A stretch of 63,567 nucleotides of DNA, the filler included. It is 5 parts of 5 records of this genome, joined end to end, with 100 filler letters (N's around TTAATTAATTAA, not from the genome) between each part and the next. Parts side by side here need not be neighbours in the genome. Positions count along the whole stretch, not along the records: positions 37,515 to 43,345 come from DRR723986_2344; positions 43,446 to 57,875 come from DRR723986_2345; 3 more parts are not named here. One strand, written 5' to 3'. This document shows positions 40,492-48,986 of the stretch, piece by piece. Both the position numbers and the translations under genes were made by a program. How positions within the stretch are numbered: the stretch's first letter is position 1; each line of letters starts with the position of its first letter. Below the pieces are notes generated by a model, which was not told where the DNA came from, ran no database searches, and saw only the letters and a program-made list of their open reading frames with translations.

Positions 40492-41618
40492 CAGCCCAGC
40501 TCCGAGATCTTGCGCGTGCCGGTGATCTCCAGCCCGTAGGCGTCGAGGCCGACGATCTTCGGAGAGGGCGAGTTGGTCAGCAGCACCAGCTTCGACAGCC
40601 CCAGCGACGACAGGATCTGCGCGCCAAGCCCGTACTGCCGCAGGGTCTTGGGCGACACGCCCTCATGCGCCTCCAGCTTCATCGAGGTGTCGCGCAGCAG
40701 GACCACGACGCCGCGCCCCTCTGCCGCAACCGCCTGCATGGCGGCGCCGAATTCCGCCGCGCGGCCCTTGGGCCCGGTGCCCACGACGTCCAGCATCGGG
40801 TCCAGCGCGTGCATCCGCGTCAGGACCGGCGCATCGCCGGAAATATCGCCTTTTATCAGGACGATATGCTCGTCGCCGTGGGTCTCGTCGGTGTAGATCT
40901 TCATCTGCCATTCGCCGCCGAATTCCGACTGAACGGTCTCTTCGGTGCGCACCCGCACGAGGTTGTCGTGGCGCCGGCGATAGGCGATCAGGTCGCTGAT
41001 CGTGCCGATCTTCAGCCCGTGCTTCTGCGAGAAGGCCACCAGTTCCGGCAGCCGCGCCATGGAGCCGTCGTCGTTCATGATCTCGCAGATCACGCCCGCC
41101 GGGTTCAGCCCGGCAAGGCGCGCGACGTCCACCGCGGCCTCCGTATGGCCCGCGCGCACCAGCACGCCGCCCTTGCGGGCCCGCAGCGGAAAGACGTGGC
41201 CCGGCGTCGCGATGTCCTGCGCGCCCTTGCCCGCGTCGATGGCCGTGGCCACCGTGCGCGCCCGGTCGGCGGCGGAAATGCCGGTCGAGATGCCCTCGCG
41301 CGCCTCGATCGAGGTGGTGAACGCAGTTTCATGCCGCGACGAGTTGTTCGTCGACATCAGTTGCAGGCCAAGCTGCTCGATCCGCTCTTCGGTCATCGAC
41401 AGGCAGATCAGCCCGCGTCCGTAGAGCGCCATGAAGTTGATCGCGTCCGGAGTCGCCCATTGCGCGGGGATCACGAGATCGCCCTCGTTCTCGCGGTCCT
41501 CGTGGTCGACGAGGATGAACATGCGCCCGTTGCGCGCGTCCTCGATGATCTCCTCCACCGAAGAGATCGCATCGCTCCAGCTTTCTTCGACTTGGCCGGG
41601 GGTCTCGTACTCTGCCAT
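40491..41618 (-). CDS. ribB: 3,4-dihydroxy-2-butanone-4-phosphate synthase with degenerate GTP cyclohydrolase II C-terminal domain
   Basis: DHEDRENEGD, TGISAADR, PGHVFPL, RAGHTEA, CEI; C-terminal LRQYGLGAQIL...LLTN without Cys zinc ligands. Confidence 0.93.
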   Translation of the reverse strand: MAEYETPGQVEESWSDAISSVEEIIEDARNGRMFILVDHEDRENEGDLVIPAQWATPDAINFMALYGRGLICLSMTEERIEQLGLQLMSTNNSSRHETAFTTSIEAREGISTGISAADRARTVATAIDAGKGAQDIATPGHVFPLRARKGGVLVRAGHTEAAVDVARLAGLNPAGVICEIMNDDGSMARLPELVAFSQKHGLKIGTISDLIAYRRRHDNLVRVRTEETVQSEFGGEWQMKIYTDETHGDEHIVLIKGDISGDAPVLTRMHALDPMLDVVGTGPKGRAAEFGAAMQAVAAEGRGVVVLLRDTSMKLEAHEGVSPKTLRQYGLGAQILSSLGLSKLVLLTNSPSPKIVGLDAYGLEITGTRKISELG

Positions 41619-41740
41619 GGGGCCTCCGCTAGCTTCCGCAGCGCAGATACGCCACCCGTTGCCCGTTGACCAGAGGCAACCGGGGCGACGCGTCGGCACA
41701 GCCCCTGTGCATCACGGCAAATCCGCCTGTCCCGGGGCGA

Positions 41741-42028
41741 TCAGTCGAAGATGTCCTCTATCGCGTCGAAGGCCTCCTTGAGGAACCGATGGGCAAGACC
41801 CTTCTTCGGTTTCTTCCTGCGCATCTTCCGCGAAGGCTTCTCCGGCTTCGCGGGCTTCTCCCACTGCAGCTTGCCCCTGCCGCGCGCCGGCGCGGGCGAC
41901 TTGAGGGCCTTCATCTCGTGCAGGGGCGCCCCGCAGGAGGAACAGGCCAGTTCGTGAGAGGTCTCTCCGGTCAGCACAAGCGCGGCGCGCGTGCCGCAAT
42001 AACAACAGGTGGCGATCTTGGTCTGCAT
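41741..42028 (-). CDS. Small zinc-ribbon protein, hypothetical (paralog B)
   Basis: CxxC-x17-CxxC, Lys-rich linker, acidic tail AFDAIEDIFD; start could be GTG at 42049. Confidence 0.75.
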   Translation of the reverse strand: MQTKIATCCYCGTRAALVLTGETSHELACSSCGAPLHEMKALKSPAPARGRGKLQWEKPAKPEKPSRKMRRKKPKKGLAHRFLKEAFDAIEDIFD

Positions 42029-42069
42029 GGGTGTCAAATGGGACACCACCCTGCCCGATACAAGCCGCG

Positions 42070-42369
42070 TCAGTCGCCGGACCCGTCCAACCCGTCGAAG
42101 AAGCCATCGGTTCCCTCGGGACTTCGGTAGTCGGTCCGTAGGTTGCCAAGCAGCGGCAGGACGTCCCCGAGCATCAGGCGCAGGAAAGAGGGTCGCCGCG
42201 CCACCGGGCGCGGTGGGTCCGACAGCATCGAGCTTTCACAGTGTATCCTGTCCTCCCATGTCACCGGGGTGGCGCAGGACAGGCAGGCCAGCCGGCGCTG
42301 GCGGTAGGACATCGGGACAAAGCCGGTGCGGCCGCCGCAGGCATGACAGGTTCCGGGTCGGTTCGACAT
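42070..42369 (-). CDS. Small zinc-ribbon protein, hypothetical (paralog A)
   Basis: CxxC-x17-CxxC with the same spacing as its neighbour; acidic tail FFDGLDGSGD. Confidence 0.6.
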   Translation of the reverse strand: MSNRPGTCHACGGRTGFVPMSYRQRRLACLSCATPVTWEDRIHCESSMLSDPPRPVARRPSFLRLMLGDVLPLLGNLRTDYRSPEGTDGFFDGLDGSGD

Positions 42370-42437
42370 TCGAGCCCCATCGGGTTGCAAGGGGCAGGAC
42401 AGCACGCCGGCGCGGCGAAATCATGGCACCCGCGCGA

Positions 42438-43217
42438 TCAGCGCGGGCGGCTGGCATAGAGCGCTACGGCGGCGGCGTTCGACACGTTCAAGGAGCCGAA
42501 TCCCCCGGCGAAGTCGATCCTGACCAGCCGGTCCACGGTTTCCTTGGTCTTGGGGCGCAGGCCCGGCCCCTCGGCCCCCAGCACCAGCGCCACGGGGTCG
42601 CCGTGCCGCCCCTCCAGCGCCTCTTCGATGGTCACATCCGCCTCGCCGTCGAGGCCCAGCACCAGATAGCCCATGCCCTGCAGCGCCACGATGGTATCCG
42701 CAAGGTTGCGTTCCCGCAGGTAGGGCTGGCGCTCCAGCGCGCCGCTGGCGGTCTTGGCCAGTGCTCCGGTCTCTGGCGCGGCATGGTGGCGGGTGCCGAT
42801 CACCGCCTGCGCGCCAAAGACCTCGGCAGAGCGCAGGATGGCGCCCACGTTGTGCGGATCGGTCACGCGGTCCAGCAGCACCAGCCGCAGCGCACCCTCG
42901 GCGGCGATGGCCACGTCCTCCAGCCGCCCCCAGTCGAGCGGCTTGACCTCGAGCGCGGCGCCCTGATGGACGGAACCGGGGTCGATCGGTGCCGAGAAGC
43001 GGCGCGGGTCCTGGATGTCGGGCTCCATCCCGGCGGCGGCAATGGCGTCGGTCAGCTTGTCCGCGGCATTGGGCGTCAGGATCAGCCGCAGCTTTTCACG
43101 CCGCGGGTTCATCAGCGCGTCGCGCACCGCGTGCAGGCCGAACAGCCAGACGGTCTCTGCCGCCGAGGCCCTTTTCGCCTGTTCCTTCTCCACCACCCAC
43201 TTCGGTTTCTTCGCCAT
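42438..43217 (-). CDS. rlmB: 23S rRNA (guanosine-2'-O)-methyltransferase, SpoU family
   Basis: GLHAV..AL, HQG, LDRVTDPHNVGAILRSA, LGAEG.GLR, SLNVSNAAA. Confidence 0.93.
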   Translation of the reverse strand: MAKKPKWVVEKEQAKRASAAETVWLFGLHAVRDALMNPRREKLRLILTPNAADKLTDAIAAAGMEPDIQDPRRFSAPIDPGSVHQGAALEVKPLDWGRLEDVAIAAEGALRLVLLDRVTDPHNVGAILRSAEVFGAQAVIGTRHHAAPETGALAKTASGALERQPYLRERNLADTIVALQGMGYLVLGLDGEADVTIEEALEGRHGDPVALVLGAEGPGLRPKTKETVDRLVRIDFAGGFGSLNVSNAAAVALYASRPR

Positions 43218-43285
43218 GATCCGACCCTTTCGCACGGGCCCATGCCTTCGCACCGAAAGAGGCCCTTTGCCAAGGGAATTTCCTG

Positions 43286-43314
43286 TTGACGCGCATTTGG
43301 GCCGCCTGTAATCA
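43286..43314 (+). promoter_or_regulatory. Putative sigma70 promoter divergent from rlmB
   Basis: TTGACG-17 nt-TAATCA; the transcript runs off the contig end. Confidence 0.5.
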
Positions 43315-43345
43315 CCCCCCACGCCGGGCAGGACCCGGCGCCCGG

Positions 43346-43445
43346 NNNNNNNNNNNNNNNNNNNNNNNNNNNNNNNNNNNNNNNNNNNNTTAATTAATTA
43401 ANNNNNNNNNNNNNNNNNNNNNNNNNNNNNNNNNNNNNNNNNNNN
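43346..43445. other. Artificial contig linker
   Basis: N44-TTAATTAATTAA-N44. Confidence 0.99.
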
Positions 43446-43966
43446 TCACCTTCGACGACGGCAATGCCTCCGACCTGACGGAGGGCGCCGAGGGGCTGGC
43501 CCGCCACGGGCTGACGGCGGCCTTCTTCCCGCTGACCGACCGGCTGGACACGCCCGGCAACCTCTCTGCGGCGGACCTGCGGAGCCTCATGGCCATGGGC
43601 CACCGGATCGGCAGCCACGGGGCGGCGCATCTCGACTGGACCGGGCTCGACGCGGCCGGTTTCGCGCGCGAGCTGGACGAGGCGCGGGCCATCCTCTCTG
43701 GGGTCACGGGCGCGCCGGTGGACGAGGCCGCCCTTCCCTTCGGGCGCTACGACCGCCGGGTTCTGGCAGAGCTGCGCCGCCGGGGCTACCGCCGGGTCTA
43801 CAGCTCGGACGGGGGGGCGGTGCGCTCGGACCGGGCGCCGCTGCCGCGCCACTCGGTGCGGGCCGACACCTCCGACTCCACGCTCGAGCACTGGCTGACC
43901 GGGACCGACGGCCCGGCGCGGCGCCTGCGCCGGGGGCTGGGGCGGCTGAAGAAGCGGATGCTCTGA
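43446..43966 (+). CDS. Polysaccharide deacetylase (CE4/NodB), 5'-truncated
   Basis: Frame open from the contig start: TFDDG motif 1, IGSHGAAH motif 2, LPFGRY. Confidence 0.88.
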
Positions 43967-45243
43967 TGGCCCATGTGCTGATCGGCTTCGCCGAGGCCCT
44001 GCCCGCGCCCGAAGTGGTGTTTTCCCTGCTGGCGGCGGGGCACCGGGTGTCGGCCTTCGCGCGCGGGGCGGACTGCCCGCTGCGGCGCCTGCCGCTTGTC
44101 GCCCTGCACGTCCTGCCCGCCCCCGGCGTGGACCGGGAGGCCCGGGGGGGAACGGCGCGCGGAACAGGCCCCGCAGCAGGGGCGGCCCCGGCCCGGGAAG
44201 CGGACCCCGGAACGGCGCGCGACGCGGATTGGGGCGCGGCCGCCGCCCGCTGGCTGCGTGGGCTGATGGCGGGCCCCGGTGCCCCCGATCTCGTGCTGCC
44301 GCTCGACGACGCGGGGCTCTGGCTGGTGAGCCACGCGCTTGGGGACGACCCGCGCATCGCCGGCGCGCGCGGCGACCGGGCGGCCTTTGCCCTCGACAAG
44401 ATCCGCCAGTTCGAGGCGGCCCGGGCGTCTGGCCTTTCGGTGCCCGAAACCCATGTGCCGACCGCCCCCGGAGACCTGCCCGAAACGCTGCCGCTGCCTG
44501 CCCTGCTGAAGCCCGCACTGGCGCTGGATGTCGGCCCCGAAGGCATCCGCAAGGGGGAGACGCTGTACCTCATGGCCCCCGAAGACCGTGCCCGGGCGGC
44601 GGCGCTTCTGGCGCGGGCCGACCAGCCCTACGTGGTGCAGCCGCTGGTGCATGGCACGGGCGAGGGCGTCTTCGGCTTTGCCGGCCCCGACGGCGTCACG
44701 GCTTGGTTCGGGCACCGGCGGTTGCGGATGATGAACCCGCACGGCTCTGGAGCCTCGGCCTGCGAGGCCTGTCCGCCGGATGCCGGCACCCGTGCCGCCG
44801 TCGACCGTTTCCTGACCGGGGTGGGCTGGCGCGGCCCCTTCATGATGGAATTCCTGCGCGACCCGCAGGGGCGGCTGTGGTTCATGGAGCTGAACGGCCG
44901 CATGTGGGGATCGCTGGCGCTGGCACGGCGGCACGGGTTCGAATACCCGGCCTGGGCGGTGCAGGCCGCGCAGGAGGACGAAGGTTTCGCCCCGCAGCCC
45001 CTGCCCCGGCCCCCGGTCACCGGGCCGGTGCGGCACCTCGGACGCGACCTGCTGCACCTGCTCTTCGTGCTGCGCGGGCCGAAGTCGGCCTTTCACCGCG
45101 AGGGCTGGCCATCCTTCCGCCAGAGCCTTGCAGGTGTGCTGAAACCGGCCCCGGCGCGGCAGTTCTACAACCGCGACCCGGCGCACCGGGGCTATCTCTG
45201 GGCGGATACGCTCTGGACCGTGAAGAAGGCCCTGCGGCGATGA
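43966..45243 (+). CDS. ATP-grasp domain protein (putative carboxylate-amine ligase)
   Basis: TGATG overlap; LDK..Q...A...GL.VPET, LKPA, VVQP.V.G.GEG, MMEF, FMELNGRMWGSL. Confidence 0.8.
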   Translation: MAHVLIGFAEALPAPEVVFSLLAAGHRVSAFARGADCPLRRLPLVALHVLPAPGVDREARGGTARGTGPAAGAAPAREADPGTARDADWGAAAARWLRGLMAGPGAPDLVLPLDDAGLWLVSHALGDDPRIAGARGDRAAFALDKIRQFEAARASGLSVPETHVPTAPGDLPETLPLPALLKPALALDVGPEGIRKGETLYLMAPEDRARAAALLARADQPYVVQPLVHGTGEGVFGFAGPDGVTAWFGHRRLRMMNPHGSGASACEACPPDAGTRAAVDRFLTGVGWRGPFMMEFLRDPQGRLWFMELNGRMWGSLALARRHGFEYPAWAVQAAQEDEGFAPQPLPRPPVTGPVRHLGRDLLHLLFVLRGPKSAFHREGWPSFRQSLAGVLKPAPARQFYNRDPAHRGYLWADTLWTVKKALRR

Positions 45244-46007
45244 AGAAGACCCTGCGCGTCGTGCTGCACGCCCATTCGCTGTGGTCCTACGATGGCCGCT
45301 GGCCGCTGGAGCGGATCGCCCGCACCTATGGCCGGCTGGGCGCCGACGTGGTGATGATGACCGAGCATGACACCGGCTTCGATCCGGGGCGCTTTGCCGA
45401 GTATCGCGCCGCCTGCCATGCCGCCTCGACGGCGCGGTGCAGGCTGGTGCCGGGGGTGGAATATTCTTCTGAAGACAATGATATACACATCCTGACATGG
45501 GGTCTGGCCGGGTTTCTGGCAGAGCATCGCCCGGTGCTCGAAACCTTGCGCGCGGTGCGCGCCGCCGGGGGCGCGGCGGTCTTCGCCCACCCGGTGCGCC
45601 GCGCCGCGTGGCAGCGGTTCGATCCGGACTGGGTGCCGCTTCTGGACGGGATCGAGCTGTGGAACCGCAAGTCCGACGGCATCTCGTGGGGGGAAGAGGC
45701 GCGCGCCCTGATCGCCGAACACGGGCTGCCCGCCACCGTGGGCCACGACTTTCACCGCGGGCGGCAGATCTGGCCGCTGGCGCAGCGCTTCGTCGTGCCG
45801 GAGCAGGCGCTGGACGATCCCGACGCGCTGGAGCGCGCCCTGGTGGCGGAGTTGCGCGCGGGACGCACGCGGCCCACCGCCTTCGGCCGCCCCCTGCGCG
45901 GCGATGGCACTTGGCCCAGCCGTGTGCCCCACCCCCGCGCCGAACGCGTTCGAATGGCTCTGCGCGACCTGATCCGCCGCCGACCGCCGAAAGGGGCGAA
46001 GGGCTGA
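45240..46007 (+). CDS. PHP-domain metallo-phosphoesterase/hydrolase
   Basis: ATGA overlap; LHAHS..SYDG, TEHD, GVEYS, HI, FAHP, GIELWN, GHDFH. Confidence 0.8.
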   Translation: MKKTLRVVLHAHSLWSYDGRWPLERIARTYGRLGADVVMMTEHDTGFDPGRFAEYRAACHAASTARCRLVPGVEYSSEDNDIHILTWGLAGFLAEHRPVLETLRAVRAAGGAAVFAHPVRRAAWQRFDPDWVPLLDGIELWNRKSDGISWGEEARALIAEHGLPATVGHDFHRGRQIWPLAQRFVVPEQALDDPDALERALVAELRAGRTRPTAFGRPLRGDGTWPSRVPHPRAERVRMALRDLIRRRPPKGAKG

Positions 46008-46260
46008 CCGGAACCATGGGCGGAGCCCGATCCAGAGGGGACGGCCGTTTAGGAGTCGGCATGGCGGTCTCTGCCATGGCCTGTCGGGCCCTGCCTCCCG
46101 AAGGCATGTGGGGCCGGGGTCCGGGCTCCCCGAAGCCTGCCGCGGCACCGGACCCTCCCGCGCCGCGCAGAGCGTTTGCACTTTGCCGCGAAACCCAAGT
46201 ATGCCGGGCCGGGGGTCTTGCGGCCAAGGGTGGCCCGAGCGACAGGCGAACGAAGACGGC

Positions 46261-47148
46261 ATGACGGCAGCGCAAAGGCCGCCCCGGGCGGCGATCATCA
46301 TCCCCCATTTCAACGACCCCGCCCGGCTGGAGCGGTGCCTCGACGCGCTGGAGCCGCAGGTCCGCGCCCTGCCCGGCATCGAGGTTCTGGTGGTCGACAA
46401 CGGCTCCACCCCGCCCCTGCCGCCCGAGGTGCAGGCCCGCTGCCCGTGGCTGCGCGTGCTCGTCGAACCCGAACCCGGCGCTGCCTGCGCGCGCAACCGC
46501 GGCGTCGCCGAAAGCAGCGCGCCGCTGCTGATGTTCATCGACGCCGACTGCCTGCCGGACCCCGACTGGGTGGCCACCGGGCTTGCGGTGGCCGACCGGG
46601 CGCCGCTGGTGGGCGGGCATGTCCACGTCTTCGACGAGACCCCGCCGCCGCGCTCGGGGGCAGAGGCCTTCGAGGCGGTCTTTGCCTTCGATTTCAAGAC
46701 CTACATCGAGAAGAAGGGCTTTTCCGGTTCGGGCAATCTGGTGACGCGGCGGGCGGTCTTCGAGCGCATCGGCGGCTTTCGCCCGGGCCTGTCGGAGGAT
46801 CTGGACTGGTGCCATCGCGCCACCGCCGCGGGCTTTGCCCTCGTCTACGCCCCCGAGCTGCGCGTCGGCCACCCCTCGCGCAGGGATTGGCCGGCGCTGG
46901 CGCGCAAATGGCGGCGGGTCAACGACGAGACCTGGGGCCTCAGGGGGCGCGGATCCGGCGCCCGGCTGGGCTGGGGCCTGCGGGCGCTGGCGATGCCGCT
47001 TTCGGCGCTCGCGCATCTGCCGAAGGTCCTGCGCTCGGAGCGGCTGGCCTCCGGTCCCGAGCGGCGCCGGGCGGTGGCCACGCTCCTGCGTTTGAGGCTG
47101 GCGCGCATGGCCTGGATGCTGGCCCAGGCGGTGACCCCGGGCCGCTGA
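46261..47148 (+). CDS. Glycosyltransferase family 2
   Basis: IIIPHFN, VVDNGS, ARNRG, FIDAD (DxD), SEDLDW. Confidence 0.9.
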   Translation: MTAAQRPPRAAIIIPHFNDPARLERCLDALEPQVRALPGIEVLVVDNGSTPPLPPEVQARCPWLRVLVEPEPGAACARNRGVAESSAPLLMFIDADCLPDPDWVATGLAVADRAPLVGGHVHVFDETPPPRSGAEAFEAVFAFDFKTYIEKKGFSGSGNLVTRRAVFERIGGFRPGLSEDLDWCHRATAAGFALVYAPELRVGHPSRRDWPALARKWRRVNDETWGLRGRGSGARLGWGLRALAMPLSALAHLPKVLRSERLASGPERRRAVATLLRLRLARMAWMLAQAVTPGR

Positions 47149-47447
47149 CGCGGCGAATCACCGCGTTACATGTGGGAAAATCGTGACCCGGACGCAACCC
47201 AGAGGTGCAAGGATTTTTCGGGACTTCCTTATTTTGCGAATTCCCTGCCCCGCCGTCATGGTGAGGGGCCGGCTTTGCCCGGAAAAAGCCCGCTTCCCTT
47301 GCAGAAAAGGCTCAAAACGACGGCCAGGGGTGATTTTTGCCGGGTTTTCCGATAAACGTGGTGCACAAATCGTTAACGGATGCTAGGTAGTTCCCAAAGG
47401 TTGGTGTGTGCCTTCATGCGCCCGGACTTTATCAAAGCAGGTGAATC

Positions 47448-48044
47448 ATGACGTTGAATTTTAGAACCCTTGTCGGCGCTTTTGGTCTCGCCGCGATTTC
47501 CGCAACCGGCGCTCAGGCCCTGACGACCATCAGCACCGGCATTTCCGGCGGCGCCGCAACGCCCTCGGTCTCGACGGTCGGCGATGTGAGCACGGTCTCC
47601 TTCGGATGGTCCAGCGCCCCGGCAAGCGCCTTCCTGCACTTCACCACGACCAACGACTTCTCGCTGACCTTCGCAGCCTACAGCTCGGCCAACCCGGCAC
47701 ACCAGATGGGCCTCTCGCTGGTCGACGCGAACACCAACACCGCGCTGCTCACCGGCAGCACCGCCTGCGCGCCCGCGCCGCTCTCGCAGGTCAGCGACGA
47801 TTGCGCCCTCGTCGGCAACACGGGCCCGTCCTTCAACGTGGGCGAGGAGATGCTCGCGACCGTGGCGGCCGGCAGCTACTACATCGGCTACTACGAATCG
47901 GCCTTCCCCGCGACCGGCAGCGCTGCCTTCACCATCACCGAGGTGGCCTCCGAGACCTCCGAGGTTCCGCTGCCCGCCGGCGGGCTGCTGCTGATCGGTG
48001 CCCTGGGTGGCATGGCCGCCCTGCGTCGCCGCAAGACGGCCTGA
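47448..48044 (+). CDS. VPLPA-CTERM sorting-domain surface protein
   Basis: Signal peptide (AQA-LT), Ser/Thr/Ala-rich body, C-terminal VPLPAGGLLLIGALGGMAALRRRKTA (motif + TM + basic tail). Confidence 0.93.
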   Translation: MTLNFRTLVGAFGLAAISATGAQALTTISTGISGGAATPSVSTVGDVSTVSFGWSSAPASAFLHFTTTNDFSLTFAAYSSANPAHQMGLSLVDANTNTALLTGSTACAPAPLSQVSDDCALVGNTGPSFNVGEEMLATVAAGSYYIGYYESAFPATGSAAFTITEVASETSEVPLPAGGLLLIGALGGMAALRRRKTA

Positions 48045-48073
48045 TCCGGGCCGACCCTTCGGAACGAGTTTTG

Positions 48074-48102
48074 AAAAAGGCCTCCCGCGTGGGGGCCTTT
48101 TT
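48074..48102. terminator. Bidirectional rho-independent terminator
   Basis: AAAAAGGCCTCCC-gcgt-GGGGGCCTTTTT between convergent genes. Confidence 0.85.
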
Positions 48103-48146
48103 GCTGTTTCCGGGGGCCGGGCGCCGTCCTCCGCCCCCCCTGCGGG

Positions 48147-48977
48147 TCAATAGTAGTCGTAGCCGTATTTGTTTCCGGCGAACTTGCACTTGTTCAGCAC
48201 CACGCCCAGCACGTTGGTATGGGCCGCCAGCTCGCGCTCGCAGGTGTCGATCTCCTGAGCCGTGGTGACTTCGGCGGCGGCGACGATCAGCGCGCAGTCG
48301 ACGAAGGGCAGAAAGGCGATCGTGTCGTCGTTCGACATCAGCGGCGGCATGTCGAACAGCATCATCGTCGGCGCATAGGCCGCCTCCATGGCGTCCAGCG
48401 CAAGGCCGGTTTCCGGCGCCTGAAGCAGGTCGGAAGAATTGCGCACCGGGCCGGTGTTTGTGGTGATCGCGAGGCGGTCGGCGATCCGGCAGGCGTTGTC
48501 GGCGAAGCTGCCGGTGCCGCGCAGCACCTCGGCGGTCTCGTGGCGCGCGCGGATGCCCAGCTTCTTGGCGAGGCTCGGGCGGCGCATGTCGGCCTCGACG
48601 ATGATCGCCGAGACATCCGGCCGCCGGGTCAGGCCAAGCCCGAGGTTGATCACCACGGTGCTCTTGCCGCAGGCCGGCGAGGGCGAGGTCACCGCCAGCC
48701 GCTTCCAGCCGTTTTCCTGCATCAGCTTCAGCGTGCGGGTGCGCAGCACGTCATAGGCCGCCCCCTCGGCGGTCTGTTCGGTCTGGGCCCCGACGAGGCG
48801 GTTGTCCTCGAGCTGGCGCGGCTCGACCCGGTGGCGCGGCAGCGCCTCCCATGCGGCATGCAGGGCGTCGCCCCGCGCAGAGGGCGCGCCCGCCTGCCGG
48901 ACGGTGGCGTCCGCCCGGGACCCCGCGCCGGGGCGGCTTGCCCGGGCCTTGGCGATGGCAGCCTGGATACGTTCCAT
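48147..48977 (-). CDS. CpsD/CapB family BY tyrosine-protein kinase
   Basis: Y..LRT, VTSP.PACGKS Walker A, EADMRRPS, FDMPP, GVVLNK, C-terminal Tyr cluster YGYDYY. Confidence 0.92.
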   Translation of the reverse strand: MERIQAAIAKARASRPGAGSRADATVRQAGAPSARGDALHAAWEALPRHRVEPRQLEDNRLVGAQTEQTAEGAAYDVLRTRTLKLMQENGWKRLAVTSPSPACGKSTVVINLGLGLTRRPDVSAIIVEADMRRPSLAKKLGIRARHETAEVLRGTGSFADNACRIADRLAITTNTGPVRNSSDLLQAPETGLALDAMEAAYAPTMMLFDMPPLMSNDDTIAFLPFVDCALIVAAAEVTTAQEIDTCERELAAHTNVLGVVLNKCKFAGNKYGYDYY

Positions 48978-48986
48978 GAAGACCTC

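Noticed and set aside
44229..46007. 592-aa ORF as an N-terminally extended or fused PHP protein (similarly 48987-51176 and 21915-23504)
   Set aside because: The extensions overlap real upstream genes in another frame; internal ATGs with ATGA/TGATG coupling give the true starts.
43798..47016. 1072-aa minus-strand ORF and other long antisense ORFs (48219-50642, 51415-54078, 19862-21955, 54904-56607, 61310-62926)
   Set aside because: Arg/Pro/Ala/Gly-rich shadows of well-supported genes on the opposite strand or in another frame, as expected in high-GC DNA; no recognisable motifs.
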